Source: Mayamaea pseudoterrestris
Lineage: Eukaryota
Reading direction: 5' to 3'
DNA length: 64,000 nt
Assembly (NCBI GenBank): GCA_027923505.1
Contig: BROI01000008.1
Coordinates: forward strand, 868,001 to 932,000
Shown: positions 55,083-64,000 of the stretch, piece by piece
Numbering within the stretch: the first letter of the stretch is position 1
Layout: each line of letters starts with the position of its first letter
Position numbers and translations under genes: made by a program
The notes under the pieces: generated by a model
Database searches by the model: none
Told to the model about the DNA's origin: nothing
Seen by the model: only the letters and a program-made list of their open reading frames with translations

Positions 55083-57370
55083 TGTCATTCATACGCCCCT
55101 ACAGCAAGCCATGTACACCGAAATAACACCAGAATGGTGCCAACATCATTAATAAGGATGTGCTACAAGATGGTAGCCTTGGTTAGTGTCTCAGTAGACT
55201 GCAATGTGATTGGTGACAACTTGTCACCAGTCTCAGCCCAGAGATGCCTTGACATTCAAACACCCCTACAGCAAGCCATGTATACACCCATATCTCACCA
55301 GAATGGTGCCAACATCATTTTTTAGAATGCGCTACAAGATGGTAGCCTTGGTTAGTGTCTCAGTAGACTGCAATGTGATTGGTGACAACTTGTCACCAGT
55401 CTCAGCCTGCAGATGCCTTGACATTCAAACGCCCCTACAGCAAGCCATGTATACACCCAAAACAAATAAGGCTCGTGCCAACATCATTATATAGGATGCG
55501 TTACAAGATGGTAGGCTTGGTTAGTGTCTCAGTAGACTGCAATGTGATTGGTGACAACTTGTCACCAGTCTCAGCCCGCGGATGCTGTGACATTCAAACG
55601 CCCCTACAGCAAGCCATGTATACACCCAAAGCATAGCAGAATTTTGCCAACATCATTTTTGAGGCTGCGCTAGAAGATGGTTTGCTTGGCCGGTTTCTCA
55701 GGGGATGGCGATGTGATTGGTGACAACTTGTCACCAGTCTCAGCCCACAGATGCCTTGACATTCAAACGCCCCTACAGCAAGCCATGTATACACCCAAAA
55801 CACACAAGAATGGTGCCGGCATCATTATTTAGGCTGCGCTACAAGATGGCAGGCTTGGTTAGTGTCTCAGTAGACAGCAATGTGATTGGTGACAACTTGT
55901 CACCAGTCTCAGCCCGCAGATGCCTTGACATTCAAACGCCCCTACAGCAAGCCTTGTATACACCCAAAACACACAAGAATGGTGCCAACATCAGTTTTGA
56001 GCCTGCACTACAAGATAATTTGCTTGGCCGGTTTCTCAGGGGATTGCAATGTGACTGGTGAGAAGTTCTCACCAGTTTCAGCCTGCAGATGGCTTGACAT
56101 GCAGATGCCCCTACAGTACACCATGTATACATCCAAATCATACAAGAATTGTGCCAACATCATTAATAAGAATGCGCTACATGATGGTATGCTTGGCTGG
56201 TGTCTCAGGGGATGGTAATGTGATTGGTGACAACTTGTCACCAGTCTCAGCCCACAGATGCCAAGACATTGAAACACCCGTACAACAAACCATGTATACA
56301 CCCAAATCTCACCAGAATGGTGCCAACATCATTATTTAGGATGCGCTACAAGATGGTAGGCTTGGTGAGTATCTCAGTAGACTGCAATGTGATTGGTGAT
56401 AACTTGTCACCAGTCTCAGCCCACAGATGCCTTGACATTCAAACGCCCCTACAGCAAGCCCTGTAGGTGCCCAAATTACACCAGAATGGTGCCAACATCA
56501 TTATTTAGGCTGAGCTACAAGATGGTAGGCTTGGTTAGTGTCTCAGTAGACTGCAATGTGATTGGTGACAACTTGTCACAAGTCTCAGCCCACAGATGCC
56601 TGGACATTCAAACACCCCTACAGCAAGCCATGTATACACCCAAAGCACAGCAGAATTTGGCCAACATCAGTTTTGAGGCTGCACTACAAAAAGGTAGCCT
56701 TGGTTAGTGTCTCAATGGACGGCAACATGATTGGTGATATCTTGTCACCAGTCTCAGCCTGCAGATGCCTTGACTTTCAAACGCCCCTACAGCAAGCCCT
56801 GTAGGTGCCCAAATTACACCAGAATGGTGCCAACATCATTATTCAGGCTGCGCTACAAGATGGTAGGCTTGGTTAGTGTCTCAGTAGACTGCAATGTGAT
56901 TGGTGACAACTTGTCACGAGTCTCAGCCCACAGAGGCCTTGACATTCAAACACCCCTACAGCAAGCCATGTATACACCCAAAGCACAGCAGAATTTGGCC
57001 AACATCAGTTTTGAGGCTGCACTACAAGAAGGTAGCCTTGGTTAGTGTCTCAATGGATGGCAACATGATTGGTGATATCTTGTCACCAGTCTCAGCCTGC
57101 AGATGCCTTGACTTTCAAACGCCCCTACAGCAAGCCATGTATACACCCAAAAACACAAGAATGGTGCCAACATCATTATTTAGGATGCGCTACAAGATGG
57201 TAGGCCTGGTGGGTGTCCTAGTAGACTGCAATGTGATTGGTGATAACTTGTCAACAGTCTTAGCCAGCAGCTGCCATGCCATTCAAATGCCCATACCTTG
57301 AGCCATGTGTATGCCCAAATCAAGCCAGAAAGGTGCTAGCATCCAATTTCAGGTGCTCTACAAGATAAGT
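55083..57370. repeat. Tandem satellite B, 169-bp monomer, ~13.5 units
   Basis: A CATTCAAACGCCCCTACAG-type anchor recurs at 55086, 55253, 55422, 55591, 55760, 55929, 56098, 56267, 56436, 56605, 56774, 56943, 57112 and 57280. Confidence 0.98.
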
Positions 57371-57573
57371 TTAACTCAATGTGGACTAACTGGCATTCAC
57401 AAAAAATTCTATGCCAAGAAAGTCAGGGCTTGAAGACGTAAAGTCTAAATGCCGGGTTTGGTGGAAGTTCTTCCCTCCATACCTACCTCCTGTACTAGCA
57501 AGGTAAAACATTGGACATGGTTGCACCACAAAACAATGGAGACTTATAAAGTTAACACATCTATTGAAATGCA

Positions 57574-58791
57574 TCAAAGTTCTGCATCGGATGCTATAGA
57601 AGCAAATCTCGGTCGTTCGGTGGCCCATTTGGGTCTTCGCGTCGGCTCAGCTCCTTTGATCCAATCCACAATTTCAGAGACCAGTGCCTTCAGCTCCACC
57701 TCGTTCCCAAAAGCCGCGCTCTCCAATCCTCCCGTAGCATCTCTGGCCATTTTACGTGTCTCTTCTGGAAGATCATCGATGCCAAATTTGAAGTATACAG
57801 GCGTCAAATGCGTCCCTGGCAATCCACTAAGTGATGGCCCTGGACCATTTTGGCAAGCGCTGACAAACTCTTTTGAGTTATCAAGGTTGTCCTCGTCAAA
57901 GGAAAATAGTCGAGTACGTTGCTGTCGCTTGGCATCGAACTTGAGACTAATCAATCGCTCCGTCTCTGCCGTTGTAGGCGTAAAATCCAATCCAATCGCC
58001 GAAACGGCAGTAGATGCAAAGTCGAGCACTTGATTCAAAATATTCTGCGTCGCTGGGTTATTCATAAAGGCGGCAAAGTCATTTCCTTTTGCTGCAGTTC
58101 CGTCAGCAACTGTTTCGGCGAATTGCTTGGCCATGGTAATTGTTTGCGTAAAGGCAAAATTGTTAAAGCTCATAAAAGCAATACCATCGAACTCCTGCTC
58201 CGTTGCAGCTAAGTAGATAGATGCAAGTTTGCAGCCAAGCGAATGCCCAAGACAATATGTAGGAAGGTTGACTGGGTAAAGTAGGTTTGAATCGTCTTCG
58301 CAATGAATCATTGCTTTGCGTGAGAGCTCTCCAACTCGCTTGGCCAAGCTGAAATGATCCAGTCCGACTTGATACGGAGCCGCGATAATGGCCGCATTCA
58401 ATTCGTCGCTGACTCGTAGTAACAACTCATTGTACGCTATTTGTGGATACTGACCGAGACCGGCGCCACCAACAAACACAATGATACATGATGGGACAGA
58501 CATGTTTGGAGGTTTTAACAGGTATACTTGGTCGGTCGCGTCGGCATCATTTTTGAGAGAAATTTCAGTCCATCGTGATTTTACTTTTGCGCTTTGTCGT
58601 ATCTTCCATTGCTGGTCTAGTCGCGCCAGAGCGCCTGTCAAGTCCAAGGTTGGATCATTCGTGTTGTCATTAACAGCGTCGAGTTGTTGAAAACGACGCG
58701 AATACTTGGAAGCTCGGAATGGGCTACTATTCGAAAACGCCGCTGCCAAGCCGCAGCTTGATACGAGTAGCAATGTACTGATATGCTTCAT
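57574..58791 (-). CDS. DUF1350-family alpha/beta hydrolase, plastid-targeted
   Basis: Bipartite presequence ...GLAAA-FSNSSPF; FVGGAGLGQYPQIAYNELL, LGHSLGCKL, SFNN, DFTPT..ET, LPGTHLTP. Confidence 0.85.
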   Translation of the reverse strand: MKHISTLLLVSSCGLAAAFSNSSPFRASKYSRRFQQLDAVNDNTNDPTLDLTGALARLDQQWKIRQSAKVKSRWTEISLKNDADATDQVYLLKPPNMSVPSCIIVFVGGAGLGQYPQIAYNELLLRVSDELNAAIIAAPYQVGLDHFSLAKRVGELSRKAMIHCEDDSNLLYPVNLPTYCLGHSLGCKLASIYLAATEQEFDGIAFMSFNNFAFTQTITMAKQFAETVADGTAAKGNDFAAFMNNPATQNILNQVLDFASTAVSAIGLDFTPTTAETERLISLKFDAKRQQRTRLFSFDEDNLDNSKEFVSACQNGPGPSLSGLPGTHLTPVYFKFGIDDLPEETRKMARDATGGLESAAFGNEVELKALVSEIVDWIKGAEPTRRPKWATERPRFASIASDAEL

Positions 58792-59124
58792 GAAATCTTT
58801 TTCTAGGAGCTTGGGTTCTATGTACAAGCAGCCTTTGCGTCGTCACTGCATCAGATGAGTGAAGAAGATTGAAGAGAAGATGATGAGCAAGTTGACGCGC
58901 GACACAATTGCTAATCGCCTACGGTTTTGAAAAGCCATACTGTGTGTTATAGTGTAGTGCCAAAAACTTAGATTTTTTGTACTGTGCATCACAAAGTTGT
59001 GCCAGAAACTTTGATTTTCGGCCCGAGCAGTTTCAATGATATGATTGGCTGGACAATGTCACACGCACGATCGGCGCGGCGCAGATTTTCGACCAAAGCC
59101 TTCCACTCACTGTCAAACCTCACC

Positions 59125-59658
59125 ATGGGATTTACGAAGGAAGTAATCAAAGCTGGCAATGGCGTCAAGCCTCAGCGCGGTCAGAATGTAACGGTTCATT
59201 GCACAGGCTACGGAAAGAATCGCGATCTGTCACTCAAGTTCTGGTCAACAAAGGATCCTGGACAAAAGCCGTTCACCTTTGCTGTCGGAGAAGGATCAGG
59301 TATCTACCTTTGAAGACACGTGAGACGCGTTTTACTTTATGAATAGTGTTTGCGGCTGACTTACGCAAGATTTTATTGTGCGTTTACAGTCATTAAGGGA
59401 TGGGACGAGTCAGTAATTGACATGAGCATCGGCGAAGTTGCCAAGATTCACTGCACCCCCGACTACGCATACGGTGCTGGTGGTTTTGCGGCTTGGGGTA
59501 TCATGCCAAATGTGAGTGCATATCGGCTATGAATAACTATGAGATGTGTTTCGCAGTGATGATAAAATACTCACAATGCATGCTTCCACCATTATTTGCC
59601 CATTTGCCCAACTTAGTCGGAACTTGTATTTGAAATCGAGGTTTTAAGCTATGCATAA
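59125..59658 (+). CDS. FKBP12: FKBP12 peptidyl-prolyl isomerase, 3 exons
   Basis: [13 protein letters not shown]...[11 protein letters not shown]...[12 protein letters not shown]...VIKGWDE...DYAYGAGGF...[14 protein letters not shown]. Introns 59300-59389 and 59512-59616. Confidence 0.95.
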
Positions 59659-60349
59659 TCCGAGCGAAGCCACTATCTTTTAGAAAAATAAAGTTATACT
59701 AAAGGATTGTTACCGTAGCCAGTATGAGTATGAGAGTAGAATTTGGCTCCAAAGATGATGGTCTTGCTTTTGAGAATCGTAATCCACATCCTGCATCCTG
59801 CATCCGGTAATGGTAAACCTTCCTATCATCCCATCGTCGCGTCACTATAGATAGTATATGCCGAGCGAAGAAAGTGTCGGCATCGATATTAAATCCTAGC
59901 AGATCGTTACATCATGGTGACAAGTCGCACCTCGATCTCGTTTCAATTTCCAGGCTCTTGACGCTCGACGCGCTCACTCTCAATAGATTGGTTGCGCCAA
60001 CGGGTGGCTATCGGCAACGCTATCCACACTGACAGTGATTGAGAGTTCAAAATTGGATGCAATACTTATTACTACCGCAGATCCATAAAGGTTAACCGAA
60101 ATTGACTACTGTACCGGTAAGTTTATACATGTTAAGATACACTAATGGAGGAGGTACTGTATCATGCATACGGTCGCGAGACTGAATCGAGCAACCAGTG
60201 CAATCACTGGGGTCGGTAATTGCTCCAACTTCGACTGCTCGAGAGTTCACGTGCACTTGGGTTGCAAGATCGCTGCAGGTAAAAGTCGCAGCATGTTGTA
60301 ATCCACGGACCCACGTAGTTGATTCTGCTCGCTAGCTCAGCAACCTCGC

Positions 60350-61059
60350 TCAATACTTGGTTTGCAGAGTGACTTTGGGGTAAAGCGCACGTCCAAGCTT
60401 TCTCATAATCTTTTGCTGGATCTCTTCAATTTTTGATAGCTTTGATCGTGACGAAGTGCTTTCTCGTCGCTTGCGAGTACGTTGGGACGACTCCTCCACT
60501 TGCTTCATGTCTTCATCGGAAAACCCAAGGCGTCTGAGTATGCATCTTCTGTTCCACCATCCTAATCGAAGATCCATGGCGGGTTTGCGATGGGCTTGGC
60601 GTTTCGCTTCAAACTCATCCACCGAGTAGCTGGACGCCTTAAAATGATCCCAATCGATGGAAAGCTACGAACAGAATAGGAACAAGATGTTGGCATCTCG
60701 TTTCGCATCAGACAATTAATCGTAATTCGCTTCCAATTACTTACTGGTGGTCCAAGATTACAATCCGGATGAACGCCAGGAATAATGGCATAGCATCGAA
60801 CTTCCACGTCCTTGAACGAGACAGTTCGCCGAGCAGGAAGAGTCTCCGCATGCTCCTCCGACACCCAATCTGTCAAGTCCTCGTCTTTTTGCAATTCATT
60901 GCAAACATCCAACGATAGTTTTGCTTGCGAGTAATCGCTCTGGTAGGTGGACGATGAACAATCCGACGAAGGGCCGAGTTCGGGCACTGCATCCTCACCG
61001 TCGCTGTGGAAACTACTCGCCACTGCGGCGTCTTCCCATGTCACTCGAATTGCGTCCAT
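60350..61059 (-). CDS. Uncharacterised diatom-type protein (VSF..VEVRxY...G.HP.C..GPP|LSIDW...SVDEFE), 2 exons
   Basis: Intron 60744-60665 (GTAAGT...TAG) joins ORFs 60562-61059 and 60350-60622 into one frame. Confidence 0.75.
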
Positions 61060-61530
61060 TGTGATAATAACTGTGGTTGTTGTTGCGTCCTATGCTAATA
61101 GTGACTCAACTTGTTTGTTTGTAGTTGATTCCTCTGGGGTTATGCAGGTAGCTTTTTAGTGGTTACCTTGCTGCCATGGAAGTCCGTGCGTGCAAGTGCG
61201 GAGAAAGGGAGCCTGGGGTGAATCAGGAAGATTCACCCCGCGACGCATGCGAAGCGCGTTGACCACGACCAGATGCGAGTTTGTATTGCCCCGAGTACAC
61301 TTTGCTTCGATAGTGAATCCGTGGTGATTCATGCCAGAAATGTTTTGAAACGTCATCACGTCGCACCGAATCACATGATGACGGCACTTTTGCGCGCTGC
61401 GATGTTGTTCGAAAGACTTCACGTCTACATCGGTGGACGTCTGGGGTCTGAACATTAGTGAGATCTATTGGTAGTGTACATAAGAAAGCCACTTTCAACT
61501 ATCTCACTAATAACGAAGCTAAGGTGGAAA

Positions 61531-64000
61531 ATGTGTGCCGAAACGAATGGCACCAATGAATTTGATGGCCATGAAAAGGCAATCACCAAAATGAACGAGG
61601 CGTCGATTGACGACCGCCTTCCTTGGCCTGAGGAACGTCGAGATCTTTCCTGCATTCGCGGCATGTTTCAGCGATGGACATATTCGTATATGCGTCACGT
61701 ACTGGATGCTGGTGCGAAGCAGACCCTTGATGACGGTACACACTTGTCGAAGGAAAACTTGTTTGCCGTGCCGACCAGCATGGAATCGACGCACCTTTCG
61801 TCGTTGTTTTGGCAGTTTCATAGTAGAGAAAGCACGCAGACGAACAAGAGGCGACTCATGGTGACTTTATGGAAACTAGCTGCTCCGACTTTCATTCCAG
61901 CAGGCTTTTGTCAATTGATGACTGTCTTTTGCCAAGTAGCCATGCCACTCTTGGTACGTCAACTTTTGACAATCCTGGAAGATTATCCTGGTGAACGCGT
62001 CGTCCAACTGGGTTTGCCATATGCTGTTGCAATCTTTCTGGATTTGATTTTAAATGGTTTCTTTAACCATCGACAGCGACACTTAGCCATGAAGACTGGT
62101 GTGGTGTTGAGAGCGTCGCTCATCACTGTGCTGTACGAACGCGTGCTCAAACTGACACCACAAGGTCGTAGCGGCTTGACGAGTGGTCTAGTCAGTACGC
62201 TGGTCTCGGTCGATTCTCAAAAGCTATTTGAAGTAGCGCAGGAGGGCCATTTGTTGTGGAGCTTGCCGTTGAGTGTGTTGATGGTAACCGCCCTGCTGTT
62301 GTGGGTCATGGGCCCGACGACGCTAGTTGGAATTGCTGTGCTGCTCATGTTTGTACCAGTAGTTGGAAAAGTAACTTCAGTGTCCTTGGCGATTCGACAA
62401 AAACGGGTCACAAAGACGGATGAGCGCATTGAAATCATCAATGCAATGCTACAAGGGGTGCGTTAATGTTGAGCTGGGTAATCTACAGAGGATGAAGCAA
62501 TCTAAAAATACTTCTGCTTCTTCATTACAGATAAAGGTAACTAAACTGAATTGCTATGAAGAGAACTATAAGAAACGAATCATGGAGACCAGGGAGCAAG
62601 AAGTAGCACTTTTAAAACGCGAACTGTCGGTTTGGGCATGCACTTTGTTCATGACGGTCCTCTCGCCCGTCTTAGCTACAGCGGCAACGTTCTCAGTATA
62701 TGTACTGGTCGATGAAAATAACATTTTGACTGCAGCCAAAAGTTTTTCTGTGTTGCTCTTGTTCGCCGCTTTGCGATTTCCGATCAACTACGCTGGTCGT
62801 CTTGTCGGCAGGGCAGCTCAAGCTCTCTCGGCCATTCATCGCTTGACACGCTTTTTGGACCGTGACGTGAGGGATGACTTTGCAGAGTCTAAATCAAGAG
62901 ATGCGCAACAGGTGATGGTCAAAGAACCTTTAAACGATACAAAAGGAACTGATCCATTACTGATGCTTTCGAAGGCGGCTTTTACAGTCGGCGTCAACGA
63001 GACTGACATTACCATATCGGAGTTTGACTTGTCGGTCAAAAGGGGTGAAGTTCTCGCCGTATGCGGACCTGTTGGTAGCGGAAAGAGCTCGCTGTGCTTG
63101 GGGATCATTGATGAGCTCTCTAAGGCATCGTCTGACACTTTGGTGGAGCTGAAAGGGAATGTCGCTTTTGTTCCTCAGACTCCCTTCATTATGAATGCAA
63201 CACTTCGTGAAAATATAATGTTTGGTTTGCCTTTCAATGCAAATCTCTATGAAACAGTTCTTGACGCATGTCAGTTGAGGCATGACATTGAGCAGCTGGG
63301 CAAGGCAGGCGACCTCACTGAAATTGGCGAACGAGGAGTGACGTTGAGCGGTAAGCTGTGGCCTGATGGTTTACTGTTTACTTTTACTTGCGCCATGCAG
63401 TCTGACTAATCATTTCATTGTTGTGGTACATTGTCGCCACCCTTACCAGGAGGGCAGCGTCAGCGTGTGAGTCTTGCACGGGCGGCATACTCTCGCCCAG
63501 ATATTGTGCTGCTTGACGACCCATTGTCGGCGTTAGATTCAGGCACAGCGAAGGAAGTTTTTAGACGCTTAATTCGTGGGGAAGCCTCATTGTTCTGCGA
63601 TGCTGCGGTTATACTAGTGACGCATGCTTCTCAGTTTCTTAGTCGGTGCGACCAGATTCTTCTTTTAGTTGACGGGAAGAATAGCTTTCTTGGGTCATGG
63701 AATGATTTGTCTAAGTTTGAGCCTAGCGATACGAAAACAAAAGAAGCCGTGGAGCATTTGCAAAAGTCTTTGCAAGAGGGTCAGAAGCAGTACGATGGTG
63801 GTGATGATCTGGATGCAGATGTTGAGCCAAGTACCAAGAAGACGACGCCTGATGCACTTATGACTATCGAAGAGCGAGAGCATGGACTTTCGAGCCTGAA
63901 TACATGGCTACTTTGGTTCCGTCATGCCGGTGGTATGCAGTTTCTCGGGTTGCTGATCCTGGCGATGATATTTGATCGACTTGCGTATGTTGCTTCGGAA
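61531..64000 (+). CDS. ABCC/MRP-type ABC transporter, runs off the right end
   Basis: TMD1; Walker A GPVGSGKSS; signature LS|GGQRQRVSLARA; Walker B LLDDPLSALD. Introns 62458-62530 and 63351-63449. Confidence 0.95.

Noticed and set aside
54115..57301. Many short repetitive ORFs (MVTTCHQSQP...)
   Set aside because: They are by-products of the 169/178-bp satellites. The period is not a multiple of 3, so frames shift in every unit.
54061..57500. Terminal inverted repeats flanking the satellite island (GTAGGTAT/ATACCTAC, AGAACTTC/GAAGTTCT)
   Set aside because: The matches are only 8 bp with different spacing on the two sides, and no target-site duplication was found, so this is not enough to call a transposon.

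Overview
Eukaryotic nuclear DNA, not prokaryotic. It has short GT-AG introns (about 70-145 nt), very compact gene spacing, signal-peptide+Phe plastid presequences and protein families typical of diatoms, so it is most likely a compact diatom genome (inference). About 32 protein-coding genes are recognisable, including MCM8, Gemin2, a FIT/Scs3-like protein, CLEC16A/TT9-like, PNP, a mitochondrial-carrier-family protein, EHD, two RING-H2 ligases, GPR89/GTG, SF3B1, ICMT, CSN7, Mpv17, aspartate aminotransferase, an ABC1 kinase, Prp43, NOL8-like, NDUFAF5, GatA, Nup93, DUF1350, FKBP12 and an ABCC transporter. One long minus-strand gene at the left edge was missed by the ORF track. The most striking item is a two-exon gene (29290-29683) that fuses a divergent, acidic ubiquitin-like domain ending in ...PAG (not GG) to a complete ribosomal protein eL41. 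There are two non-genic islands. The first (7164-8120) has a 42-bp minisatellite plus two 79-bp hairpin elements. The second (54182-57370) is a compound satellite of 178-bp and 169-bp monomers, with an internal palindrome, a 338-bp higher-order dimer and CpG decay. Two genes carry single disrupting lesions: an in-frame TGA at 10338 and a 1-nt frameshift near 13961. All family assignments come from motif recognition by eye; no database search was run.
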